A stretch of 64,000 bases of DNA, taken from assembly GCA_040900375.1 (NCBI GenBank), contig JBBDZC010000008.1, forward strand, positions 66,182 to 130,181. The letters run 5' to 3'. Position 1 is the first letter of the stretch. Each line of letters opens with the position of its first letter. Of the stretch, positions 36,157 to 44,425 are shown piece after piece. The notes beneath the pieces were generated by a model that saw only the letters and a program-made list of their open reading frames with translations, was not told where the DNA came from and searched no databases. The DNA is from Candidatus Anderseniibacteriota bacterium. Its GTDB lineage: Bacteria; Patescibacteriota; Andersenbacteria; UBA10190. Both the position numbers and the translations under genes were made by a program.

Positions 36157-36825
36157 TCAAGGGAGGGGTGTTGGTTCGGGTGTTGCTTCAGGTGTGCTCT
36201 GTGTGCCAGTAAACTCGGCATCGAAGTTGACACTTTTATTAGTAGCTTCGCTATTAATATCTAGGGTAGCTGTCATGGTACATCTGGCTTCATCGGAGCC
36301 TTCTCCATCAACTGTGCCGTCGTTCGGCCCAAGTGTGCCAAGGCCACCAGTTGGAATACCGCCATCATTTTCCCAGTCAGACAATGGCTTGGCGTCAACT
36401 GATCCATCTCCCAGAGTCTCACCATCATCACCGACATCGCATGAGAATCCAACGGAAAGATCTTCTTTGATGTCAGTGGAGTTGGCAGGAAGTGTCTGGA
36501 TGTTCTCAATAAGAACGCTAAGATCAAGGCTGACCTCACTTTCAGCGCTGCTATTATTTTTTAGCCAGAATTCAAATTCTGAAGTTTGACCCGGCAGCAT
36601 GTTTTCAACTACAGGACCCTGAATACTATTAAGGTATGCTACAGGGCTATTGCCTTCCTGTGCAATCAGAAGATCTACGTTACCGGTGGCAAATGTGCTG
36701 TTTTCAAGCGTGGCAGTGTCAGAGAAGAGTGCACTTGAGACACCGGCAACTGCTGCAAGTACCGCAAGGATAACAGCGCCGCTTACAAGCAAGCGCATAG
36801 TAGGATGAATATTTGTTAAGGTCAT
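36157..36825 (-). CDS. TasA/camelysin-family (peptidase M73-like) secreted protein with a SipW-cognate signal peptide
   Basis: After the N-terminal hydrophobic region comes …SSALFSDTATLENSTFATGNVDL…, the motif characteristic of SipW substrates. A GGAGGTG ribosome-binding site lies 8 nt upstream. Confidence 0.7.
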   Translation of the reverse strand: MTLTNIHPTMRLLVSGAVILAVLAAVAGVSSALFSDTATLENSTFATGNVDLLIAQEGNSPVAYLNSIQGPVVENMLPGQTSEFEFWLKNNSSAESEVSLDLSVLIENIQTLPANSTDIKEDLSVGFSCDVGDDGETLGDGSVDAKPLSDWENDGGIPTGGLGTLGPNDGTVDGEGSDEARCTMTATLDINSEATNKSVNFDAEFTGTQSTPEATPEPTPLP

Positions 36826-37183
36826 ATCATGTCACCTCCTCTCAAGAAAGTTCTCAAGATCGAGGGTGGCGCACAGGGTGGCAATGGAAAGTGGTGAAAG
36901 AGTTCGGCAGTGTGTTTCACAAAAATAAAAGAAGGATCAGTCACGAGATCCCCCTCATGCCCTCCTGCACTTCTAGTTACTTATTGACTAGCGTATCGCA
37001 TTGCCACAAAAGCACAATGTTTTTGCGTGATGTTGGAGCCTGGCGGAGGGAAGATTCTTTCACTGTTTACGGGGAGAAATTGGTTGTCAGTTCTGGAAAA
37101 GCGGTGTTACACTGATACCACGGGGGCGAACAGGGTGTAATTTAACAAAAGTCGACGTTCATCTGGTAATTGACTGCGAGGAG

Positions 37184-37597
37184 GTGAGTGTAATGCTACA
37201 AAAATTAGCAATGATTCTTGGGGTAGTGCTCCTGGCTCTTGGTATCCTGGGGTATGTGCCCGGAATCACCACTGATGGCATGCTCTTAGGTATCTTTGCC
37301 GTTAACGGACCGCTTAACGTGATTTACTTGATCACTGGTGCCGCTGCCCTCTGGGGGAGCCGATCCAACCTCAAGAATGCGAAGATGTCTCTCCAGGTCT
37401 TGGGCGTAGTCTATGCACTGTTGGCAGTGCTGGGCATCTTCAACATTGAAGGACCGCTCTTAGGGATGCTGGCCCACAACATGGCAGACTTAGTACTCCA
37501 CGTGGTGCTGGCGGCGGTGGCCTTATATGCCGGCTTTGGCATGAAGGCAGCAATGTCGCCCGGGATGAGTTCGAGTCAGACGCCACCCATGGCATAA
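37184..37597 (+). CDS. DUF4383-family small membrane protein
   Basis: The 137 aa product has four TM segments and a DUF4383-like pattern (…LLGIFAVNGPLN…). It has a strong ribosome-binding site (GAGGAGGTG). Confidence 0.65.
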   Translation: MSVMLQKLAMILGVVLLALGILGYVPGITTDGMLLGIFAVNGPLNVIYLITGAAALWGSRSNLKNAKMSLQVLGVVYALLAVLGIFNIEGPLLGMLAHNMADLVLHVVLAAVALYAGFGMKAAMSPGMSSSQTPPMA

Positions 37598-37623
37598 ATT
37601 TCCGGAAATTGATGATGGATATA

Positions 37624-37653
37624 AGAGAGCCTCATGAAGTCATGAGGCTCTCT
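37624..37653 (+). terminator. Strong hairpin (14-bp perfect stem) downstream of the DUF4383 gene; no U-tract
   Basis: The stem is AGAGAGCCTCATGA..TCATGAGGCTCTCT. Confidence 0.3.
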
Positions 37654-37735
37654 GCAGTGGTGGTGCGGATAACTCCCTTGCGTCGGTGAAGTACTCCTGT
37701 ACAGTAAACAATATGTTGAAAGGGGGTGACGACGC

Positions 37736-38362
37736 ATGTCGTTCAAGAATGTAGTGCAATTGTTGTTGCTCGGAACTGTGACGCTTAGCCTGGTTGCAGT
37801 TATCACCCCGAGCGCGGCGGCTTCGCATATTGATTGGGAACAACGTCGCGCACAGCGGGAAGCGGAGCGGGAGGCGCGGCGCCTGGCGCGCGAGAACCCG
37901 AGCCCGACGTGCCGGTGTTCAGCCAGCTTGGGCTTGGCGCGGCCGAGTCTGCAGTTTACTAGTGGCGGGGGCTTAACTTTGACGCCCCGGGTTGATGTCA
38001 GTATTCGCACACGCGGTGATCACGAGGCGCCACCGTGGGTGGCCGAGTTGGCATATAGCGGCACGACCGAGTATGAGTCGGATGATGTGAGTGTGCCGGC
38101 GGGAGTGGCATTTAGCGGGACACAGCAGGTAGCGGCCGGATCATGCGGTGATACGTATACTTTCCGCGGACTGGCGTTACCAGATGTCAGCCTCACTGGC
38201 TTGATCCGCTCCCTGGTGGGTGTAGATCAAGAACTTGAAGGAACGGTGCGGCTGCACGCGACGCTCAATAGCTGCGAGCTGGATGAGGAGCAGCGTCAGT
38301 TTAGCTTCCGGGTACAGGAGTTTGGGAATCTGAAGATAGGCGGGTGGCGGTCGGCGCGGTAA
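37736..38362 (+). CDS. Hypothetical secreted protein
   Basis: The product has a signal peptide (…LVAVITPSAAAS). I recognise no domain. I chose it over the overlapping minus-strand ORF. Confidence 0.45.
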   Translation: MSFKNVVQLLLLGTVTLSLVAVITPSAAASHIDWEQRRAQREAEREARRLARENPSPTCRCSASLGLARPSLQFTSGGGLTLTPRVDVSIRTRGDHEAPPWVAELAYSGTTEYESDDVSVPAGVAFSGTQQVAAGSCGDTYTFRGLALPDVSLTGLIRSLVGVDQELEGTVRLHATLNSCELDEEQRQFSFRVQEFGNLKIGGWRSAR

Positions 38363-38389
38363 CGTCGCACCAGCAGCAAACAAGGGAAG

Positions 38390-38413
38390 TTATCCACAGA
38401 AATCTGTGGATAA
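38390..38413. promoter_or_regulatory. Inverted pair of perfect DnaA-box 9-mers (TTATCCACA gaaatc TGTGGATAA)
   Basis: Both 9-mers match the consensus exactly and are separated by 6 nt. They lie about 220 nt upstream of the repeat-protein gene. Confidence 0.45.
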
Positions 38414-38632
38414 CCATCCTTGCAGGGGGAAGAAGTTGTGGTACGAAGGATACAGGTCGAAAACGTGTTGATTTAGGGGGAGCCAACCTAAGAGGACACG
38501 ATTTCTAAGGAGGGGGACCATTTGATCTTATTGATTACCAAGATCGGTGGAAGAGAATCGTGTTTTTTGTTTATCCGCTTTCACACACAAAACTCGCATG
38601 CACCATGAAGCTATGAGAGGAGGTGAGTACAG

Positions 38633-39748
38633 ATGAAGAATACATTTCGCGCACTCTTTGGCGTATCTGCACTCGCACTCTTACTAGTTGCCGCTCCTGT
38701 GTTGGCAGCAGAAGTAGATGTGACTGCCGAGAACGTCATGACGGGAGCTGATTCTGACAACAACAACGACACTGATGTTGACAACGACTTAGATGTTAAT
38801 GTTGACAACGTTGGCAATGTGAGCAACTCTGCCAGCGCGGCCGTAACCACGGGCAACAATGAGCAGAACGAAAACACCGAAGGCGGTGACGTGGACTCTG
38901 GCGCGGTTGATGCCTCCACTGACTGGGAGAGCATCGTCAATGCCGGGGCGGCTTTGTTGGACAATGGGGATGGCCTAGAAGTGTCTGCTGATTTCAGCAA
39001 CGACACAACGGGCGCTGATTCCGACAACGATAATGATCTCGATGTAGATCATGATGTTGATCTGGACTTACGCAACATCGCTAATATTCTGAACTACTTA
39101 GCATTGTCTGCCAACACTGGCGACAACGAGCAGAACAAGAATACAATGGGCGGCGAGCTCACGACGGGTGATGTAACTGTTGATTCAATGATTGCCAATT
39201 TGGCAAACAATGGCGCCGGTTACGCTAGCCTTGGCACCACCCAGGTGGATGTCAGCGGCAGCAATCACCTCACGGGAGCTGATTCTAACAACAACAACGA
39301 TGTTGATGTTGACAACGACTATGATCTTGATGTTGACAATACTGCCAACCTCACGACAAGCGTTGTGATTAATGCCCATACGGGCGGCAACGAGCAGAAT
39401 CGCAACACTCAGGGCGGCTCTATGACTACGGGCAATGTGGAAGTTTCAACGAAAGTTGAAAACTCTGCTAACAACAATTCCAGCATTGGGATTGGTGGCT
39501 CAAGTCTCGCCGTCACGGTAGAGGCTTCCAATGACACAACCGGTGCTGATTCCGACAATGATAATGATGTAGACGTTGATAACAACGTTGACATCGATGT
39601 CGACAATACCGCTAATGTCTCGAATAATCTGACCGTAAGCGCCAACACTGGCGACAACGAGCAGAACAAGAACACCCAAGGCGGTGGTGTTGAGACTGGT
39701 TCAGTCTCCATCAACTTTGAGGCGTTCAACGAAGTCAACAGCAATTAA
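38633..39748 (+). CDS. Secreted Asp/Asn-rich protein made of four tandem repeats of about 90 aa (unclassified repeat family)
   Basis: The product has a signal peptide (…APVLA|AE). Each repeat reads TGADSDN(D/N)ND-(D/V)x-acidic DxDxD run …NTG(D/G)NEQN(K/R)NT(Q/M)GG…TG(D/N)V. It has a strong ribosome-binding site. Confidence 0.7.
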   Translation: MKNTFRALFGVSALALLLVAAPVLAAEVDVTAENVMTGADSDNNNDTDVDNDLDVNVDNVGNVSNSASAAVTTGNNEQNENTEGGDVDSGAVDASTDWESIVNAGAALLDNGDGLEVSADFSNDTTGADSDNDNDLDVDHDVDLDLRNIANILNYLALSANTGDNEQNKNTMGGELTTGDVTVDSMIANLANNGAGYASLGTTQVDVSGSNHLTGADSNNNNDVDVDNDYDLDVDNTANLTTSVVINAHTGGNEQNRNTQGGSMTTGNVEVSTKVENSANNNSSIGIGGSSLAVTVEASNDTTGADSDNDNDVDVDNNVDIDVDNTANVSNNLTVSANTGDNEQNKNTQGGGVETGSVSINFEAFNEVNSN

Positions 39749-39772
39749 TTTGTCTGTTTGATTTTTGTGCAA

Positions 39773-39796
39773 GGGGGATAAGTTTTGGCTTATCCC
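39773..39796. promoter_or_regulatory. Inverted TTATCC-type pair (GGGGGATAAG ttttgg CTTATCCC) upstream of the large repeat-protein gene
   Basis: I read this directly. It lies about 35-55 nt upstream of the 39830 start. Confidence 0.35.
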
Positions 39797-39829
39797 TCTC
39801 CATGAGCATCATTTAACGTTAGGACTTTT

Positions 39830-42769
39830 ATGAACAATCGTTTGCGCCGCAGTCTGACAAGGATTAAGAAGAGCCTGGTACTCGGAGTAATAGTCTGGTT
39901 GAGCGTGGTAACCCCAGCGGTGACTTTTGCGCAAAGCGTGGATGCAACGGAGGAAACCGCCAGTGCGACTGAATGTACCGGGGCCGGTTGCGGCCAGGGC
40001 AGTGATCAGGGAGTGGATCAGGGAAGTGGCCAGGGTGGCCTGTCGGCCGAGGATCTCGGAGCTGATGAAACGGGTGAATTGCCGGAAGGGGTCATCGATA
40101 CCCGCCAGGGCGCCAGCCAGGGCTCGACTAATGGCGTCACGGCAGCCAACACGAACACTGGTACGAATTCGACAAACACAGCCGGCGTGACAGCGACTAA
40201 TAGTACCACGACTGGTATTGCGAACACGGCTCTGGATACCACGAATGCCGCCGCGACGGGAACAACTGGCGGCAACACGAGTAGTAACAACACGGGGGGC
40301 ACCGGGATTATCACGGGTTCAGCCGGGATTGGTGTTACCCAAGTTAAAAATGATAATACCGCCACGGTGAACGGCACCGCTGGTTTACAGGTAGAAGGCC
40401 ACAACGGCAATTACGTGGGTGATTTGAACTTAGGTTTTGGGGCGGGGACAGCTAATTTATCAGGCGGCAGTTCAATCCGCGCGGTCAATGAGGCGACGGG
40501 GGCGGGCTCAACTAATAACGTGGGCATTGCCACGCGGACAGAAGAGCTCAATGAGGTGCAAAACGATGGGCGGATTGATAATATCTTGGATTTAGCGGCG
40601 ATTACGGGACAAAATGTGGCGAATAAGAATACGGGGGATGCAGTGATCACCACGGGTGATGCAAATGTGGCAGCGACTCTTGTTAATTTGTTAAATACAA
40701 CGGTGATTAATGGCGACTTGTGGATTACGGTGGCAGACATTTTTGGCAACCTCGAAGGCAACATTAATCTGCCTGACTTCTCGAGCTGGGTCGCGGCGCA
40801 TCTCCTGGGGATTGAGGTGGCGAATGAAAACACTGGGACAAACTCAACCAATGCGATTGCGGTTGATGTGTCAGATCGCGCGACCACGACGATTGATAAT
40901 GACGCTGATATTACCACGACGGTAAATGCGGAGGCTGTTACTGGACAAAACGAAACGATGGCTAATACCGGCGGAGCCGAGGTTACCACGGGCGATGCCC
41001 AAGTTTCAGCGGGTGCTATTTCGATCGCCAATACCACCGTAGAAGGCGGCAACTGGGGTTTGGTGATTGTCAACGCGCTCAATCGCTGGCTCGGGTTTTT
41101 AGTGGGCGATAGCGGCGAAGTCCGCGCTTTATCGCAAGACGAGACGTTGCATGAGATTGCCGCGCGTAATACTAATACGGGGGCGGATTCTGATAACACG
41201 ATTGGGGTGGAGGTAGAACGAGAACGTACCACGACGGTTGCCAACGACGCGGTGATTAATAACGAGATCAACGCGCAGGCGATTACTGGCCAGAATGAGG
41301 CGAATAAGAATACGGGTGGGGCGCAGATTGCTACCGGGGATGCCAATGTGCAGGCCACGACGGTGAATATTGCTAATACGACCGTTAAGGACGGCTCACT
41401 CTTTATTGCCGTCGTTAACATTTTTGGCGACTGGCTTGGTGATCTCTTCTATGGCGGCAGCGCTCTGGGCACGACCGCGACTGGGCCCGCGAGTGTGGTG
41501 GTGGCCGAGGCGCGCAGTAGCGAGACGGGGGCGGACTCGGCTAATACCATTGATATCAACTACGATCGCCACCAGGAGACAACCATTGATAATGAAGCTG
41601 ATTTGGCCACGACCCTGAATGCCACGATTGATACAGGCAGCAACCGGGCCAGCCGTAACACCGGCGGGGCGCTGATTGATACGGGGGATGGGGCCCTGGC
41701 GCTGCATGCACGCTCGGCCGCCAACTTGACGGGTATCGCGGGCGCGGCGGGCGTGGGTATCGCGATCCAGGGTTTAAACGAGACGACGGGCGCTAATTCC
41801 CAGAATCGGATCCGGGCGCACATTAATGATGAGCATATTATGACAATTAATAACGACGCTAATGTGAGTACTGTCATTGGTGATCGTCAGGTGCCGGCGA
41901 TGGTTAATACGGGCAATAATGTCGCGAACCAGAATACTCTCGGGGCGATGATTATGACCGGTGATATTGCGGCCGAGGTGGCGATCCATAACCTGGTCAA
42001 TCAAGTCTTGGTTGCTTTAACCGGGCAGGGCATTGTTGTTGACGCCGATTTTGCCAATCGTCTTACGGGGGCGTTGTCGACGAATAGTAATGAGCTGACG
42101 GTTGAACAACAGGCACTGCTGGCAGTGCTCAATCGCGGCCTCGTTGATAATATTATTAACTTGCTCCTGAATACCGGTGGCAATACGGCGAATGAAAACA
42201 CCGGCGGCGGGGCAATTTCAACAGGTGACATTTGTGTTGAGGGTGTGGTGAAAAATGTGGTTAATGACGTGAGCGCCACGGGCGTGGGCGGAGCCTCGCT
42301 TGATCTTGATCAGGAGGCTCATCTGCACACCGCTGCCCAGCTCGGTGCGACCACCGGAAACAACGAGGCTCATCGCAATACGGGCAAGCAGCAGGTGACT
42401 GATGCGGAAGGTATCTGTCCCAAGCTCGCTGTGGTAGTCACCCCGTCACCATCGCCATCACCAACTCCCGCCCCGGAAGAAGGTCAAGGCGGCGGTGAGG
42501 AAGCGGGCGCAGAGGCACATGACGAGGAAGAAGCCCCGGCAGCCGCGGGTGGGGCCGCGGAAGCAGAACCAAGAGTTGCCGCAGCGGTAGAGATGCCACC
42601 CGTAGCCGAGCGGATCTTGCGTCGTTTCCCGGTGGCGGGCGGAGAACAAGCCGCCATGATTTTGCAAGGCAAAAAGCGTCTACCGTGGCCTTTCTTTGTG
42701 GCCATGAGCCTGCTGTTAGTGGGTACAGCGTGGCGCTTTGATATTCGTGCCCGTGCGGCACAGCGGTAG
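39830..42769 (+). CDS. Large secreted surface protein (979 aa) with about 10 copies of the same ~75 aa repeat, a Pro/Ser linker and a C-terminal hydrophobic anchor
   Basis: The product has a signal peptide (…AVTFA|QS). Repeats recur as …A(I/V)TGQNExxxNTGGAx(I/V)xTGDAxVxAxxVNxxNTTV…. The C-terminus reads …TPSPSPSPTPAPEE… then an acidic Ala-rich stretch, WPFFVAMSLLLVGTAW and RFDIRARAAQR. Confidence 0.75.
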   Translation: MNNRLRRSLTRIKKSLVLGVIVWLSVVTPAVTFAQSVDATEETASATECTGAGCGQGSDQGVDQGSGQGGLSAEDLGADETGELPEGVIDTRQGASQGSTNGVTAANTNTGTNSTNTAGVTATNSTTTGIANTALDTTNAAATGTTGGNTSSNNTGGTGIITGSAGIGVTQVKNDNTATVNGTAGLQVEGHNGNYVGDLNLGFGAGTANLSGGSSIRAVNEATGAGSTNNVGIATRTEELNEVQNDGRIDNILDLAAITGQNVANKNTGDAVITTGDANVAATLVNLLNTTVINGDLWITVADIFGNLEGNINLPDFSSWVAAHLLGIEVANENTGTNSTNAIAVDVSDRATTTIDNDADITTTVNAEAVTGQNETMANTGGAEVTTGDAQVSAGAISIANTTVEGGNWGLVIVNALNRWLGFLVGDSGEVRALSQDETLHEIAARNTNTGADSDNTIGVEVERERTTTVANDAVINNEINAQAITGQNEANKNTGGAQIATGDANVQATTVNIANTTVKDGSLFIAVVNIFGDWLGDLFYGGSALGTTATGPASVVVAEARSSETGADSANTIDINYDRHQETTIDNEADLATTLNATIDTGSNRASRNTGGALIDTGDGALALHARSAANLTGIAGAAGVGIAIQGLNETTGANSQNRIRAHINDEHIMTINNDANVSTVIGDRQVPAMVNTGNNVANQNTLGAMIMTGDIAAEVAIHNLVNQVLVALTGQGIVVDADFANRLTGALSTNSNELTVEQQALLAVLNRGLVDNIINLLLNTGGNTANENTGGGAISTGDICVEGVVKNVVNDVSATGVGGASLDLDQEAHLHTAAQLGATTGNNEAHRNTGKQQVTDAEGICPKLAVVVTPSPSPSPTPAPEEGQGGGEEAGAEAHDEEEAPAAAGGAAEAEPRVAAAVEMPPVAERILRRFPVAGGEQAAMILQGKKRLPWPFFVAMSLLLVGTAWRFDIRARAAQR

Positions 42770-42904
42770 CCACTACTTACGAGCTCTCTTGTCAGAGGGC
42801 GGGATAGTTTTTCTTCTTCTCTAATATTTTAGGGTCTGTCTTGATGGTACTTAGCGGCATGACCCTCGCATTTCTATGAATAGTGTGCTATAAAATCTTG
42901 TTCT

Positions 42905-43810
42905 ATGCCGACTGCTCTACCGAAAAAATACCTTGCCCTTGGGGCCGTGCTACTGGTGGCGGTGGCGGGACTCGTCATTGCCAGTTTTATGGTGGCCCAG
43001 CGGTTCAATAAGCAAGCCCTGGCGCAAGAAGCCTGGCTGAAATTGACGGCAGCGCCGAGCTACCATGCCCGCGCGGAATTACTACTCAATCTTCCGGTGC
43101 GCCTGCAAGGGCGCGAGCGCCCACTCAACCAGATTACACTCCGTACCGAAGGCGATGTTGTCCGCGATACCACCGGTGTACCAGAATTCACGGGCACGCT
43201 CTTTACCGAGGCTCGCGGACGAGGGACCGTGTTGTTTGCTGATGGGCAGCTTCGGCTACTGGCCGAGGCTGTTGCCTTTCGTTTGGAGAATTTGCCGGTG
43301 CTGGTTAACCCTACGGGGAGCTTAGTTGAGAAGTGGACTTATGTAGATAGCCGGTTGCTGACAACACGTAACGGCCCCGAGATTCGCCAAGTTTTGAGCG
43401 ACGTTTTTAGCCAGCTGGCGTATCAGGGTAAAGAGCAGGATAATGGCGGGGCGATCTGGCGCTACGCGGGGAGCTTAAGAGCGGAAGATGAAGCCCGGCT
43501 GATCGCTACCTTGCAGCACCAAGTTTCGGGCAATCATGGCTACCATATTATTGCTCGTCTCTTACAAGCCTACGATGTGCAATCGCTGGTGGTTGATGTG
43601 GCGACCGAGACACAGGAGGTGCGGACAATAACGGTGACGTTTGTGATGCCAGAAAGTGCCTCATCGGCGAGTGCGCTCGCGGTCTTGAATTTAGCTTTTA
43701 GTGATTACGGGAAAGCAGTCGTGATTGATCGCCCCGTCAAGCAGTTGACGGTCCGTCCGGAAATTTTTTCTCGCATTGTGGGTACGGGCGAAATTTTGCC
43801 TCAACCATAA
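42905..43810 (+). CDS. Hypothetical membrane-anchored protein
   Basis: The product has an N-terminal TM segment (LALGAVLLVAVAGLVIASF). I recognise no domain. Confidence 0.45.
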   Translation: MPTALPKKYLALGAVLLVAVAGLVIASFMVAQRFNKQALAQEAWLKLTAAPSYHARAELLLNLPVRLQGRERPLNQITLRTEGDVVRDTTGVPEFTGTLFTEARGRGTVLFADGQLRLLAEAVAFRLENLPVLVNPTGSLVEKWTYVDSRLLTTRNGPEIRQVLSDVFSQLAYQGKEQDNGGAIWRYAGSLRAEDEARLIATLQHQVSGNHGYHIIARLLQAYDVQSLVVDVATETQEVRTITVTFVMPESASSASALAVLNLAFSDYGKAVVIDRPVKQLTVRPEIFSRIVGTGEILPQP

Positions 43811-43939
43811 GACGCCTCAAGCTTACGGTGGGCATTGCCTAACAATGCACTCCCGGTCGCTTCCCGCGGACTGCCTCAAGCAGTGGCGGAGAAAACTATA
43901 TATTGAATTTTCACTACCGGGTATACTAAATGCTACTGT

Positions 43940-44425
43940 ATGCCCTTCGCGACTCTGCAGCACCAGTCTGCCGAACAACAGACTCTCATCTTCTCTAATC
44001 CTGAAGAGGCTTTGGCGTTTACCCACGAGCTTCGAAAACGCATCCACCGAGCGCCACGAGGGAGCACACATAGCCTGCGCGATATCGTGGCCCAAGCGGT
44101 AGCCGAGCAATTTGCACAATGGGGCGAGGCGGTCGACAGGGTGCGGGAACCCTGGCAGCACAATCGGGCCGAGCACCAAGAAGCGCAGCGTTTAGTTGAG
44201 GTGGCTTTTGCGCATGACCTACCGACAGCCCTGCGGCGCGCGCGGCAGAGTTCTCATTACCCGCGGAATCTTGATTTATTCCACGATGCCCTCACGGCTG
44301 AACTCTACCGTATCCTCCAGCCGCATCACCCCAACCGCCAGCCACTCGGCAGCTGGAGGCTGACAGCAAGTATGTGCATGGCGGCCGCTACCTTGTTGAT
44401 AGTTTTGTTGTTCATTGCCGCCTAG
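43940..44425 (+). CDS. Hypothetical protein with a C-terminal TM segment
   Basis: The ORF fills the gap upstream of the ATPase gene. The evidence for it is weak. Confidence 0.3.
   Translation: MPFATLQHQSAEQQTLIFSNPEEALAFTHELRKRIHRAPRGSTHSLRDIVAQAVAEQFAQWGEAVDRVREPWQHNRAEHQEAQRLVEVAFAHDLPTALRRARQSSHYPRNLDLFHDALTAELYRILQPHHPNRQPLGSWRLTASMCMAAATLLIVLLFIAA

Noticed and set aside
37576-38010. A 144 aa minus-strand ORF overlapping the 37736-38362 plus-strand ORF
   Set aside because: The plus-strand ORF has an N-terminal signal peptide and a better start context. The minus-strand ORF is Arg-rich with no features.
40411-41421. A 336 aa minus-strand ORF inside the large repeat-protein gene
   Set aside because: It is antisense to a gene with clear signal peptide, strong repeat structure and ribosome-binding site. 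Its Ala/Ser/Thr/Val-rich composition is typical of a shadow ORF on a GC-biased repeat.
38633-42769. Possible CRISPR array, considered because of the periodic repeats
   Set aside because: The repeats are about 270 bp coding units inside long ORFs. They have a consistent reading frame, a signal peptide and no short 25-40 bp direct repeats with unique spacers. This is not a CRISPR array.
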